From Chitinophagales bacterium (lineage in GTDB: Bacteria > Bacteroidota > Bacteroidia > Chitinophagales > BACL12), in contig JBBRGZ010000002.1 of the NCBI GenBank assembly GCA_038223395.1, forward strand, positions 1-41,811: a DNA stretch of 41,811 nucleotides, written 5' to 3'. Shown here one piece after another: positions 1-10,782 of this stretch; the first letter of the stretch is position 1, and every line of letters begins with the position of its first letter. Position numbers and translations under genes: made by a program. Under the pieces are notes generated by a model, which worked only from the letters and a program-made list of their open reading frames with translations, searched no databases and was not told the DNA's origin.

Positions 1-8
1 TTCCGATA

Positions 9-3000
9 ATGCCAAATGGCAACTTTACTATTTTAGGTCCTTTAGTAGTTTGTGTTGGTGCAACAGAAACTTATAACGCACCATACGTTCCTGGCTCACA
101 ATATACATGGACACTAATTGACCCATTCGCAGTAACAACAATTTTACCTTATAATACACCGCCATATATTCAATCCGTAACCTTCAGCTCGCCTGGAAAT
201 TATACGCTCATTTGTAATATGGTGAACGATATTTTAGATTGTGAAGGAGCTGACACTATAATTATAAAAGTACTTCCAAGCTTTAGCATTTATGGTCCAA
301 CAAGTGTATGCGCAAATAATCCGCCTTCCTATTTTTCTTCTGCAAATAATTGCAATTGGGTAACAACATCGCCAGGCAATTCGCCTCAAACAGGAACAAG
401 CGCATTGTTTGTATTTAATACTCCAGGAACATATACTGTAACTGCAAATGCAATTCCTTTAAATTCGGTTTGCAATAATCCTCAAATTATTACTGTAGTT
501 GTTTTACCAAATCCAATTGCACCAATTATTGCAGGACCAACAATTGTTTGTCCTCAGGGAACTTATACATATTCCACATCAGGATATTCACCTTCAACTT
601 CTTATAGTTGGAATTTTATTGATGTTGCATTTAATACAGCCTTTGGAAATAGCAATCCTTTTTCATTAACATTACCGACAGGTTTTACAAGTGGAACACT
701 TACATTAACTGTAACAGAAAATGGTTGTTCTGCAACAACAATAATAAATTTAAGTGCACCCGTTACACCAACACCAACCTTTACCGGAAATCAAACTGTA
801 TGTCCCGATCAAAATGAAATATATACAGCAATATTAAGTTATCCGGGGCTTTCAAATGTTGTTTGGACAATTACGCCGGCAAGTGCAGGAACAATATTAA
901 GCGGACAAGGAACTGCAACACCAACAATTGAATGGCATTCTGTAATTCCGAATGTGTTACAAAATGTAATTCTTACTGTTACAGAAACTACATGTCTTTC
1001 ATTAACCGGTTCATATTCTTTACCAATAACTATATATCCGCTTCCTGTAATTAATGCAAGTGCTGCACCTTTTTGTACTGGCGCAAGTAGTATTTTAACT
1101 GCAACCGGCGGAACTTCATATGCTTGGTTCGATGCTTCCAATACGCCTTATGGCGGACCAACTGCAACTATCACTTTGCCGGGAAATTATTATGTTATTG
1201 GAACAGATGCAAATGGATGTACAGCAAAAGATTATATTAATGTAATTGCATTTCCAATACCATATACAAACATCTCTCAATCTAATACCGGAATTTGCGA
1301 TACAAATGGTGTGTTACAAAACACAGTTAATTTAGTTGCATTAAATGGTCCGGGTGGATATAATTATTTATGGTCGCCGGGAGGTGCAACTACAAATTCA
1401 ATTGGTGTAACTTCAACTGGAATTTATTCAGTTACTATTACAGATATTAACGGTTGTCAAAATACAGTGAGTTATGCTGTTGGTTGTCCTGAAAAACCTG
1501 ACACATGCGAACTCCCAACAAATTGTGTTTGTATAAATAGTACGCCAACTGCAATTCAAGGAAATCCAAATTGTAATATATATAATTTTACTGGAAATTC
1601 AACATGCACCGGAACACCATTTTGGAATTTTGGTGATTTAGTGCTTGGGTCAGGAAATACGATTTCGCACACCTATGCAGTAGCAAGTTACTATACTGTG
1701 TGTTATTCAAATTCAGATCCCGGTTGTTGCCCTCCAGCGCCAGCATGCACAACAATTGTTGTTCCTGTTGCTGCAGATTTTGATTTTAATATTATTTGTA
1801 ATACTGTTTCAGTTGCAGATTATTCAACGTTTTTACCGGGTTATAACATCACTGGATATTTCTGGGATTTTGGTGATGGATTTACAACAACTTCCGCAAC
1901 TCCCGGTCCACATACCTATGCATTACCCGGCCCATATACAATAACATTAATTGTTTATACCGCTACAGGTTGTCAAGCAATTGCAACACATAGTTTTGTT
2001 TTAAGTGGACCTGCTATTTCTGCAACAATTGTTCCTACAGGATGCAACGGACCGGTTAATTTTAGTGCAATTACTTTAGGTGGTCCTATTGTAGATTGGA
2101 GCTGGGATTTTGGCGATACTTACGGTTCAAATATTCAAAATCCTCAACACATATTTAATACTTCAGGTGCATATATTGTTTCAGTAACAGGTACAGATGC
2201 AAACGGATGTATGGTTACAGTTTTTGATACTATTAATATTGTTACTCCACCGCCGCCATTTAATTTAATTTATGCAACACCTTCTTGCGGACCAACATTA
2301 ATAACAATTCCAGGGGCAGGTTCTTATACTGTATTTCAATGGTATAATAATGGAACATTAATTCCAGGTGCAACTTCTAATTCATTTCTTGCAACATTAT
2401 CAGGAAATTATACTGTTGTTGTAACTGATGTAAATGGATGTGTAATTACAAGTAATATTGCTGCTGTAACAATTAATCAAACACCAATTATTGCATTAAC
2501 AGCATCACCAAATCCACTTTGTAGTAATAGTCTCGTTAATATCAATTCAAACCTCAATGGATTTTATACATTGAATTGGGTAGTGGATGGCAATCCAGTA
2601 TTCGGTGGAAATAGTTTAACAATAAATGCATTAGCTCCCGGAACACATATTATTAGTTTAACTGCAATAGATCTTTTAACTGGATGTAATGATTCTGCCT
2701 CAATTACTATTGTAGTAAATCCTTCACCATTTGTATATATTGCGAATAGTGATCCAAGCGGAGTATGTTCAGGCGATTCAATTCAGCTTACCGCAAATTC
2801 TGCAACTGCAATTAGTTATTTGTGGAGTAACAGCAATACATTGAATCCTATTTATATTAATTCAAGTGGAACATATAGTGTTACCGTTACCGATGCATTA
2901 GGTTGCAAAGCTTCTGCATCATCTTTAGTAACAATTCATCCTTTACCAGATTTAAGCATGTTGCCAATAGGTTGCGATTCTGCATGTATTAATCCTGTTG

Positions 3001-6000
3001 CAAATATCATTAATGGCCCACCGGGAATGTTATCTTATAATTGGCAAATTAATAATGTATCAGTTGCAACAACACAAAATTTATCTTTAAGTCCGATAAA
3101 CATGCCAGTGTATGGAATTCCATATACAGTATCATTAACAGCTACCACAATAAATGGTTGTGTTGATTCAACATCTTTTGAATATACTCCAATTAATTGC
3201 GACTCAACTAAATGTTTCGATTTGGAAGATACCATTTATTGCAACGCAGATGGCACATTTACTATTGAACTTCTAATTACAAATAATAATACTGCAACAT
3301 CTACTTATTTATGGTTGCATGATATTTCATCACCATTTAGTTTGACACCAATTTATACTGTTCCTTTAACTTTATTATCGGGACAAACTTCGGCACCAAT
3401 TATATTAACTGTAAGTTATCCTGCCGGACCACTGCCATCAGAAATCTGTTTCAAAGCATCGTTATATAATACAGATTCTTGTTGTCATGATACCACACTT
3501 TATTGTATCCCGATTCCTATATGCGATCCGTGTGAATTTATAAGTGTAAATACAGATTCTACAGAAGAATGTTGTAAATCAATTTCCATTACAAATAATT
3601 ACTATTCCAATTATTTTTCAGGAATACAAATTATTCCGATAACTGCCGGTGCAAGTATTGCGTCTGCACAATTAGGATTTCCATATTTAGGCTCATGGTC
3701 AGGAAGCGGAACTGCATCACAAATGACCTTTACGCCTAATGCAGGATTTATCCCAACAGGAACAATTACTTCACTTGTAAATCTTTGTTTAAATCTTGCA
3801 CCAGGCACTCCTAGTCCGCAAATTGTAATAATTAATTGGCTAGTACCAGGTGCAATGGAAGGCGATAGTATTGTTTGTGTTGATACAATATTATTTTATT
3901 GTGATGCGCCAATGGTAAATCCTTGCGGAGAAATTATTGGTGATATTATTTGTAATGAGGATGGTACTTATTCTTATAATTATACATTTACAAATAATAG
4001 TTCGCAAGCAGTTTCAATGATGGTATTTACAAGTGTTTCTCCTTTTGTAAATATTATTCCAAATCCGATATTACCTGCTTCACCAGTTTTACCGGATAGT
4101 TCATATTCCGGAACAGTTATTATTGATCCGGGTATTTATCCTCCTGGAACTACCATCTGTTTTGATCTTACTTTAGCTGATGCTACAGGATGGTGTTGCC
4201 ATACAATGGATAGTATTTGTATTACACTTCCAGAATGTAATACATGTGTATGTGGCGAATGGACAACGTTTAGCTACGATTCATTTGATGCAATTAATGG
4301 CGATGTAAGTTGCGGCGACACAATTGATTTTGAAGTAGGTAATACAATTGTGTTTTATGCAGGTGGATATACTTGTATCGGAGATTCATTATGCACGAGT
4401 GCATTTACTTGGACAATGACTGGTCCGGTAGTTGGTTCGGGAACCGGTTATCCTACATTTAATTTCGCTGTTGCAGGTTCTTATATTTTAACTTTATATG
4501 GCTCATGCGGTGGAAATATTTGCGATTCTTGTGTAATTTATTTTGAAATTGCTGACGCAGATTGTGCATGTGGAACTTGGATACCATTTAATTTAACCGA
4601 TGAATCAGGTGGAGGAATTGATATTTATGATGTTGCATGCGGAGAAACATATTCAGGCTTAGAACCATTTGGATATATTTCGTTCAACAGTGGTGGAATT
4701 AATTGTATGGGCGATCCTGCTATTTGCGGTGGATATATCAATTGGAATGTAACAGGTCCAATAACTGCCTCAGGAACTGGGTTACCGGCATTTGCAACTA
4801 CAACTGCAGGAACATATGTTTTAACAATGTATGGATTCTGTGGTGGCAATTTATGTGATAGTTGTATAATTACTTTTGTTGTGGAAAACGCACCTTTATG
4901 CGAATGCGGAACTTGGATACCATTTAATTTAACCGATGAATCTGGTGGAGAAATTGATACTTATGATGTTGCATGTGGCGAAACATATTCAGGAATAGAA
5001 CCATTTGGATATATTTCTTTTAACAGCGGTGGAATTAATTGTATGGGCGATCCTGCTGTTTGCGGTGGATATATCAATTGGAATGTTACAGGTCCAATAA
5101 CTGCCTCAGGAACTGGATTACCGGCATTTGCAACTACAACTGCAGGAACATATGTTTTAACAATGTATGGATTCTGTGGTGGCAATTTATGCGATAGTTG
5201 TGTAATTACTTTTGTAGTGGAAGATGCACCTTTATGCGAGTGCGGAACTTGGGAAACTTTCGGTGCAACGGTTGATGTTCCCGGAGTACTTGATTACTCT
5301 ATTATTGCAGAATGCGGCGATAGTTTCAATAGCATACCCGCAGGCACAAATATAAATTTTGTAGCCGGAGGATATTTATGTATAGGTGATGCAGCTGTTT
5401 GCGGATCAGAAATAGAATGGAATTTAGCAGGACCTGTTACTTTATCCGGTACCGGTTTACCTTTCTTTACATTAACATTACCTGGAACTTACATCCTAAC
5501 CTTTACAGGATATTGCAATGGAACAGAATGCGGAACTTGCAAAATTAGATTTCAAGTTGTGGATGCACCAATGTGCGATTGTGGTTCATGGGGATTATTT
5601 GATGTAAGTAGTCCGGCAAAAACAATGCACAATCAATCTTGCGGCACTTTATATAATTGGAAAATTAATGTTCCTTTTACAATAAATGGCAATTATAACT
5701 GCGTTGGAGAATGTGCTGCAACCTATGTATGGATTGTGAAGAGAAATGGATTAACAATTGCAACAGGAGCAGGTTTACCTATAACATATACGCCAACTCT
5801 AAGTGGCAATTATCAAGTTCTTATTTACGCACTATGCGGAGGTATTGACTGTGAACCTTGTTCTTTCCAATTTAAAATAAAAGCTGTAAAAACACCAATA
5901 TTAAATGACCAAATTGATGCTAAATTGTCTTTATCCTTAGCTCCAAATCCTGCAAATAATTTTGTGCAGGTTTCAGTAGAATCTATATACAATGAAATGG

Positions 6001-6176
6001 GAACTCTGATTATTACCAATGAATTAGGTATCATTGTAAAATCAGAACCTTTTGAATTGTTAGAAGGTACAAATACAAAGGATATCCAAATACAAAATCT
6101 GCCTTCAGGAATCTATTTTGTTAAGTATTCCGGAAAAAGTGAAATAACGGTTGAGCGACTAGTCATAACGAGATAA
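9..6176 (+). CDS. Giant secreted cell-surface protein (at least 2055 aa, probably 5'-truncated by the window edge) with Ig-like/PKD repeats, Cys-rich modules and a T9SS type A C-terminal sorting domain
   Basis: One uninterrupted ORF. There is no stop codon between nt 3 and the first ATG, and no signal peptide at the ORF start, so the gene probably continues upstream. Three PKD-type motifs (WNFGD/WDFGDG...HTY...GC) lie at about 1620-2230. Many repeats follow the pattern C.G.S..LTA.GG.SY.W...G.Y.V.V.D.NGC. The C-terminus (LAPNPANNFVQV...SGIYFVKY...) fits the Bacteroidota T9SS CTD pattern. Confidence 0.9.
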   Translation: MPNGNFTILGPLVVCVGATETYNAPYVPGSQYTWTLIDPFAVTTILPYNTPPYIQSVTFSSPGNYTLICNMVNDILDCEGADTIIIKVLPSFSIYGPTSVCANNPPSYFSSANNCNWVTTSPGNSPQTGTSALFVFNTPGTYTVTANAIPLNSVCNNPQIITVVVLPNPIAPIIAGPTIVCPQGTYTYSTSGYSPSTSYSWNFIDVAFNTAFGNSNPFSLTLPTGFTSGTLTLTVTENGCSATTIINLSAPVTPTPTFTGNQTVCPDQNEIYTAILSYPGLSNVVWTITPASAGTILSGQGTATPTIEWHSVIPNVLQNVILTVTETTCLSLTGSYSLPITIYPLPVINASAAPFCTGASSILTATGGTSYAWFDASNTPYGGPTATITLPGNYYVIGTDANGCTAKDYINVIAFPIPYTNISQSNTGICDTNGVLQNTVNLVALNGPGGYNYLWSPGGATTNSIGVTSTGIYSVTITDINGCQNTVSYAVGCPEKPDTCELPTNCVCINSTPTAIQGNPNCNIYNFTGNSTCTGTPFWNFGDLVLGSGNTISHTYAVASYYTVCYSNSDPGCCPPAPACTTIVVPVAADFDFNIICNTVSVADYSTFLPGYNITGYFWDFGDGFTTTSATPGPHTYALPGPYTITLIVYTATGCQAIATHSFVLSGPAISATIVPTGCNGPVNFSAITLGGPIVDWSWDFGDTYGSNIQNPQHIFNTSGAYIVSVTGTDANGCMVTVFDTINIVTPPPPFNLIYATPSCGPTLITIPGAGSYTVFQWYNNGTLIPGATSNSFLATLSGNYTVVVTDVNGCVITSNIAAVTINQTPIIALTASPNPLCSNSLVNINSNLNGFYTLNWVVDGNPVFGGNSLTINALAPGTHIISLTAIDLLTGCNDSASITIVVNPSPFVYIANSDPSGVCSGDSIQLTANSATAISYLWSNSNTLNPIYINSSGTYSVTVTDALGCKASASSLVTIHPLPDLSMLPIGCDSACINPVANIINGPPGMLSYNWQINNVSVATTQNLSLSPINMPVYGIPYTVSLTATTINGCVDSTSFEYTPINCDSTKCFDLEDTIYCNADGTFTIELLITNNNTATSTYLWLHDISSPFSLTPIYTVPLTLLSGQTSAPIILTVSYPAGPLPSEICFKASLYNTDSCCHDTTLYCIPIPICDPCEFISVNTDSTEECCKSISITNNYYSNYFSGIQIIPITAGASIASAQLGFPYLGSWSGSGTASQMTFTPNAGFIPTGTITSLVNLCLNLAPGTPSPQIVIINWLVPGAMEGDSIVCVDTILFYCDAPMVNPCGEIIGDIICNEDGTYSYNYTFTNNSSQAVSMMVFTSVSPFVNIIPNPILPASPVLPDSSYSGTVIIDPGIYPPGTTICFDLTLADATGWCCHTMDSICITLPECNTCVCGEWTTFSYDSFDAINGDVSCGDTIDFEVGNTIVFYAGGYTCIGDSLCTSAFTWTMTGPVVGSGTGYPTFNFAVAGSYILTLYGSCGGNICDSCVIYFEIADADCACGTWIPFNLTDESGGGIDIYDVACGETYSGLEPFGYISFNSGGINCMGDPAICGGYINWNVTGPITASGTGLPAFATTTAGTYVLTMYGFCGGNLCDSCIITFVVENAPLCECGTWIPFNLTDESGGEIDTYDVACGETYSGIEPFGYISFNSGGINCMGDPAVCGGYINWNVTGPITASGTGLPAFATTTAGTYVLTMYGFCGGNLCDSCVITFVVEDAPLCECGTWETFGATVDVPGVLDYSIIAECGDSFNSIPAGTNINFVAGGYLCIGDAAVCGSEIEWNLAGPVTLSGTGLPFFTLTLPGTYILTFTGYCNGTECGTCKIRFQVVDAPMCDCGSWGLFDVSSPAKTMHNQSCGTLYNWKINVPFTINGNYNCVGECAATYVWIVKRNGLTIATGAGLPITYTPTLSGNYQVLIYALCGGIDCEPCSFQFKIKAVKTPILNDQIDAKLSLSLAPNPANNFVQVSVESIYNEMGTLIITNELGIIVKSEPFELLEGTNTKDIQIQNLPSGIYFVKYSGKSEITVERLVITR
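4245..5882 (+). repeat. Five tandem ~112-aa (336-339 bp) cysteine-rich modules inside the giant CDS; copies 2 and 3 are nearly identical
   Basis: Module starts are CVCGEW at 4245, CACGTW at 4563, CECGTW at 4899, CECGTW at 5235 and CDCGSW at 5574. Spacing is 318, 336, 336 and 339 bp. Copies 4563-4898 and 4899-5234 differ at 7 of 112 residues by my count. Confidence 0.9.
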
Positions 6177-6187
6177 TTTAATCCTAA

Positions 6188-6219
6188 AAGAGTCAACGCA
6201 AGTTGGCTCTTTTTTTTTC
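6188..6219 (+). terminator. Rho-independent terminator after the giant CDS
   Basis: Stem aagagtcaac / gttggctct (one G-T pair), loop gcaa, followed by a T9 run. Confidence 0.7.
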
Positions 6220-6332
6220 AGAAAATACCCAAACTTGAATTTGTTTTCTCTGACAAATCCATAATAATAAGTTTAATTACAATAAACAAAAAGGCTTATG
6301 TAAATTAGCGCTCAAATAATAAATACATTTTT

Positions 6333-7466
6333 ATGCAAAAAGTAATAGTTCTCGGTGCAGGGATGGTTGGAAGAGCAATGGCAATTGATTTGAGTCGCGA
6401 TTTTGAAGTGTATTCTGCAGATATCAACGAAGAAAATCTTGCGCGATTACAAGAGTTTAATATCAAAACAATTAAAGCGGATTTAAGCAACAAAGAAACT
6501 ATCGGTAAAATTATTTCTGATAAAGATTTGGTTATTGGCGCAGTTCCAGGGTTTATGGGATTTGAAACATTTAAAACCGTAATTGAAAATGGAAAAAATA
6601 CCAGCGATATTTCTTTTTTTGATGAAGACCCTTTTGTACTGCATGAGCTTGCATTAAAAAAAAATGTAACTGCGATTACGGATATTGGTGTTGCACCCGG
6701 AATGGATAATATCATTTTGGGATATCACAATAAAAGAATGGAGGTAACAGATTTTATTTGTTTAGTTGGAGGATTACCTGCAGCACGCATTTGGCCTTAT
6801 TCCTATAAAGCACCCTTTTCACCTGCCGATGTATTAGAAGAATATACACGTCCTGCGCGTTTTGTTGTAGATGGAAAATTAATTACAAAACCTGCATTGA
6901 GCGAACCTGAATTAATGGAATTTGATGAGATTGGAACATTGGAAGCATTCAATTCAGACGGGTTGCGCTCATTAATTAAAACAATGCCGCATATTCTCAA
7001 TATGATAGAACGCACTTTACGCTATCCAGGTCACATTGAAATAATGCGCATCTTTCGTGAATCAGGTTTTTTTAGTAAAGATGAAATTGATATTAAAGGA
7101 AATAAAATTCGGCCTCTCGATTTAACGAGTAAATTATTATTCCCTCTATGGAAATTAGGCGATGAGGAAAAGGAATTTACTGTAATGCGTGTTATCGTTT
7201 CAGGAATTGAATCCGGTAAAAAAATAACCTATACTTACAATTTATACGATACTTATAATCCGGAAACAAAAACATCTTCAATGGCACGTACAACAGGTTA
7301 TACCTGCACCGGCGCAGGGAGATTAATATTAAATAATATGTTTACCAGAAAAGGTGTTTCTACACCCGAATTTGTTGGTGAAGATGCAGCATGTTTTCAT
7401 GCAATGATGCAATATTTAAAGGAAAGAAATATTACATATCATAAAACAGTTTCAACACCAGAATAA
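6333..7466 (+). CDS. Saccharopine dehydrogenase family NAD(P)-binding oxidoreductase
   Basis: N-terminal Rossmann motif VIVLGAGMVGRA. The ~377-aa length and overall layout are typical of the Lys1/Lys9-like saccharopine dehydrogenase family. Family call is by recognition only. Confidence 0.65.
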   Translation: MQKVIVLGAGMVGRAMAIDLSRDFEVYSADINEENLARLQEFNIKTIKADLSNKETIGKIISDKDLVIGAVPGFMGFETFKTVIENGKNTSDISFFDEDPFVLHELALKKNVTAITDIGVAPGMDNIILGYHNKRMEVTDFICLVGGLPAARIWPYSYKAPFSPADVLEEYTRPARFVVDGKLITKPALSEPELMEFDEIGTLEAFNSDGLRSLIKTMPHILNMIERTLRYPGHIEIMRIFRESGFFSKDEIDIKGNKIRPLDLTSKLLFPLWKLGDEEKEFTVMRVIVSGIESGKKITYTYNLYDTYNPETKTSSMARTTGYTCTGAGRLILNNMFTRKGVSTPEFVGEDAACFHAMMQYLKERNITYHKTVSTPE

Positions 7467-7470
7467 TAAT

Positions 7471-8049
7471 TTATTGTTCCATAGCCCTTTCAATATTTTT
7501 ATCAGGTATTAACCAGATAACTGCAACAATAATAATTAAGGCAGCAGAAATCATAGAATTTACAAAGGCGATAGGTATTGCAATTGAATATAATATTAAT
7601 GCGATAATACCTTTATAAGTTTGCTTTTTTAGTGCAATAGTCAGTGCTGTTGTTACTGTATATTGTTTCCTAATACATTGTTGCAAAATATAATATGCTA
7701 ATCCGGCAAAGTTTAAAACTCCGGCATAAACTGCAACGGTTATATTATCAAATCTATTTTCTCCCATCCATGCAGTTGCAAAAGGAACAAGCGACAACCA
7801 AAACAACAAATGCAAATTTGCCCACATAATTTTGCTGTTAACATGATGCACGGTATGTAATAAATGATGGTGGTTTCCCCAATAAATACCAATATTGATA
7901 AAACTTAAAATATAACTCAACAAAACAGGAAGCAAAGGTGATATAGATTCCCAATCGCTGCCGTGTGGAATTTTTAATTCTAAAACCATAATGGTAATGA
8001 TAATTGCTAAAACACCATCGCTAAATGCTTCCAAACGAGTTGTCTTCAT
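7471..8049 (-). CDS. TMEM175/DUF1211 family potassium channel
   Basis: N-terminal signature RLEAFSDGVLAIIITIMVLEL, six predicted TM helices, 192 aa. Confidence 0.8.
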   Translation of the reverse strand: MKTTRLEAFSDGVLAIIITIMVLELKIPHGSDWESISPLLPVLLSYILSFINIGIYWGNHHHLLHTVHHVNSKIMWANLHLLFWLSLVPFATAWMGENRFDNITVAVYAGVLNFAGLAYYILQQCIRKQYTVTTALTIALKKQTYKGIIALILYSIAIPIAFVNSMISAALIIIVAVIWLIPDKNIERAMEQ

Positions 8050-8073
8050 ATATTTTTAAAATTAAGGTAATTG

Positions 8074-8913
8074 TTAGGCATTTTCTTCTTCATCCTCATC
8101 TGCAACTTCTTCCTTTGCATCAGCTAAAATATGACGTTTCGGGAAATTAAACAACCAACTTGTAAGAACAGGAACAATAAATATAGCCACAGTAAAAATT
8201 GAAAAATATAAATCCGTTTTTTCACTTTCCATAAAATCGCACAATGGCGAGTTGTGGGCAAACTCAAAGCACATAAAAGAAAGTATTAATTTTAATCCCA
8301 ATAAAGCAATAATACAAAAGGCGGAGGTATTTAAAAAAGTAAATCGCTCCATTAATCCAATTACACCTTGTGCTACAAAACGAATAGCTAAAATACCAAT
8401 AAAAACGCCAAGACAAATGAGATAAATATTATCGGTAAATGCAACCGCTGCAAATACATTATCTATTGAAAAAGCGAGATCCATAATATTTACTAAAATA
8501 ACAGTGCTCCAAAAATTGCCAACCCTACCAACGGTGTTTTTATAAAACCAATTACTTTTTTTACTCAGTGTATCATCATCAGGTTGTGCTGTAGATTTTG
8601 TTCTGAAATAATCGTAGGTAAGATATAATAAATATAAACCGCCCGCAGCTTTTAACCAAGCAACTTGCATTAATTTGGCAACAAAAAGCAACGCTAATCC
8701 TCTAAATAAATACGCTCCAATAATACCATATCGCAATGCCCTACCTCTTTCTTTTTTGGGCAAATCCATCACCATTGTTCCCATAACGAGCGCATTATCT
8801 ACACTCAACATGCTTTCAATCAAAATTAGATTGAATACAATAATACCCGCTTCAGCAGGTGTATGACCAAAAAATTCAACAAAGTCAAATAATAAAATTC
8901 CGGTTCCTAGCAT
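8074..8913 (-). CDS. TerC/DUF475 family integral membrane protein
   Basis: Multi-pass membrane protein with the duplicated motifs SVDNALV and SIDNVFA typical of the TerC superfamily. It begins 8 nt downstream of the galE stop codon on the same strand. Confidence 0.7.
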   Translation of the reverse strand: MLGTGILLFDFVEFFGHTPAEAGIIVFNLILIESMLSVDNALVMGTMVMDLPKKERGRALRYGIIGAYLFRGLALLFVAKLMQVAWLKAAGGLYLLYLTYDYFRTKSTAQPDDDTLSKKSNWFYKNTVGRVGNFWSTVILVNIMDLAFSIDNVFAAVAFTDNIYLICLGVFIGILAIRFVAQGVIGLMERFTFLNTSAFCIIALLGLKLILSFMCFEFAHNSPLCDFMESEKTDLYFSIFTVAIFIVPVLTSWLFNFPKRHILADAKEEVADEDEEENA

Positions 8914-8921
8914 ACTTTACA

Positions 8922-9959
8922 TTAATTAATGTCTTCCTTTTGCATTTGAATTTCCCAATTCCATGCCGACAGCATCATGGAATCAATATCGCGTTTTATT
9001 TGCCAGTGCAATTTTTCTTTCGCCTTTGTATTATCAGCATAAATGGTTATTACATCTCCTTGGCGTGGTTCACCAATTGTATAATTTAATTGTTTACCGC
9101 TTACCCTTTCAAATGCTGCAATAAGTTCTAAAACAGAAACACCATATCCACTTCCTAAATTAAATACTTCGTAATTACTTTCGTTCTTGTTTTCCATTAA
9201 ATATTGCAATGCTTGCGTATGTGCTTCTGCAATATCCATTACATGAATATAATCGCGAATGCAGCTTCCATCGCGTGTTGGATATTTATTTCCAAAAACT
9301 GTAAAACTTTCTTTTTTTCCTATAGCAGTTTGTGTAATATTCGGAATAAGATTTTCAGGTGCGCTGTAAGGAATTTCTCCTATTAAGCCACTTTCATGTG
9401 CACCTACGGGATTAAAATAGCGTAAAGAAATAAAATTTGTGCTTGTTGTTTTTGCATGCGCTTCTATCATTTGCTCAGCAAATAATTTCGTCAAACCATA
9501 CGGCGATTCGGGCGAAGCAATTGGTGTATTTTCTGTAACAGGTAATTCTTTAGTATTTCCGTAAACACTGCAAGAAGAAGAAAAAACAAAATTTGGAATG
9601 CCATATTCTTCCGCAATCCTGAGCATATTAATTGTTGAATTGATATTATTATCAAAATAAATGAGTGGTTTTTCTACTGATTCGCTTACCGATTTAAAGG
9701 CTGCAAAATGTATTATTCCACTAATTCCAGGATGCGCGGCTATAATATTGCGTAACTTCGGCAAATCACGACAATCAACTTTGTAACTCGCAAAATCTTG
9801 ATGGGTAATCTCCTTAATTCTATCACCGATTAATTGCTTCGACCGCGATTGATTATCAATTGAAATAATTTCATATCCCTTTTCCAATAAATCTATTATT
9901 GTATGCGAACCAATGAAACCATTGCCGCCGGTGATAAGAATTTTTTGTTTTTGAGTCAA
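8922..9959 (-). CDS. galE: UDP-glucose 4-epimerase
   Basis: N-terminal ILITGGNGFIGSH Rossmann motif, catalytic YGLTK (YxxxK), 345 aa, SDR extended family with a GalE-like sequence throughout. Confidence 0.9.
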   Translation of the reverse strand: MTQKQKILITGGNGFIGSHTIIDLLEKGYEIISIDNQSRSKQLIGDRIKEITHQDFASYKVDCRDLPKLRNIIAAHPGISGIIHFAAFKSVSESVEKPLIYFDNNINSTINMLRIAEEYGIPNFVFSSSCSVYGNTKELPVTENTPIASPESPYGLTKLFAEQMIEAHAKTTSTNFISLRYFNPVGAHESGLIGEIPYSAPENLIPNITQTAIGKKESFTVFGNKYPTRDGSCIRDYIHVMDIAEAHTQALQYLMENKNESNYEVFNLGSGYGVSVLELIAAFERVSGKQLNYTIGEPRQGDVITIYADNTKAKEKLHWQIKRDIDSMMLSAWNWEIQMQKEDIN

Positions 9960-10049
9960 GTGAAAAATTTATTTGAATTTAAAAGCAAAACAACGATTAA
10001 CGTGCAAAATTCGTCAATCTTTTTTTAATATTAGATTTTATAGGAGAAT

Positions 10050-10375
10050 AACACCGGGCGGCGGCTATGGCTTTTGAGTGTGAGGATATTTGGTGGCTGG
10101 GGCTGGAATTTAAAAATTTGGAAGAGAAGGGAACAGCCGGGCGGGAGGTGGAATTATAATTGTGGTGCTATTTAATGTTTTGGGATTAACTAATATTTTT
10201 TTTGAATGGCGAATATCGAACATTGAATATCGAATATCGAGGGGGAACAGCCGGGCGGGAGGTGGAATTTTAATTGTGGTGCAATTTAATGTTTTGGGAT
10301 TAACTAATATTTTTTTTGAATGGCGAATATCGAAGGGGAATACCCGAGCGAAAGTTGGAAATATAATCGTGTTAA
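10050..10375. repeat. Left array of ~114-bp direct repeats (units start at 10129 and 10243, with degenerate units on both sides) downstream of the four-helix-bundle gene
   Basis: The unit gggaacagccgggcgggaggtggaatt.taattgtggtgc.atttaatgttttgggattaactaatattttttttgaatggcgaatatcgaa occurs twice with 2 mismatches. It contains GAATATCGA iterations at 10204-10241. Confidence 0.9.
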
Positions 10376-10392
10376 TATTTGCTTTTTGGGGA

Positions 10393-10782
10393 TTATTTCT
10401 TCGATGATTCCATATTTGTGCGGGCTGTTTTTACGCTGACTACAAAAATCGAAATGAGTTCATTACATTCTTTTTGTGCTTTTTCAATTAAATCCATTCT
10501 ATTAGTAAGTGGTGTTTTGGCAATAATTTTTAATGCCACTTGCGTTTCTCGAAGTTCTTTAAGAAGGACCTGTAATTTATGTATAAAATCTTTTCGGGAT
10601 TCTGCACTCTGCGCTTCACCATAGTTTAACGAAGGACTTGAACCAGAGCGAACTAATTGACCTGAAATGTGACTACCAGCCCTAGTTTCATAAATTTTAT
10701 CAACTATTAAAAATATAAGTACTGTAAATTCAATTAATCTTTCTTCCAGATCAAATCTTAAATTAAAATTTGAGACAACCAT
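10393..10782 (-). CDS. Four-helix-bundle protein (23S rRNA intervening-sequence protein / Avd-like family)
   Basis: 129 aa. The sequence ...SGQLVRSGSSPSLNYGEAQSAESRKDFIHKLQVLLKELRETQVALKII... matches the conserved core of the TIGR02436-type four-helix-bundle family. Confidence 0.8.
   Translation of the reverse strand: MVVSNFNLRFDLEERLIEFTVLIFLIVDKIYETRAGSHISGQLVRSGSSPSLNYGEAQSAESRKDFIHKLQVLLKELRETQVALKIIAKTPLTNRMDLIEKAQKECNELISIFVVSVKTARTNMESSKK

Noticed and set aside
839-6034. Antisense and out-of-frame ORFs inside the giant CDS (839-1141, 1756-1944, 3035-3235, 3611-3808, 4625-4849, 4961-5185, 5825-6034).
   Set aside because: All lie fully inside a 6.2-kb ORF that has clear domain structure. 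The two identical-length ORFs at 4625 and 4961 are simply the reverse strand of the near-identical 336-bp repeats. None has a family signal.
6305-7015. Minus-strand ORFs 6305-6715 and 6803-7015.
   Set aside because: They overlap the well-supported saccharopine-dehydrogenase-like gene. They are shadow ORFs with a low-complexity Ser/Ile-rich translation.
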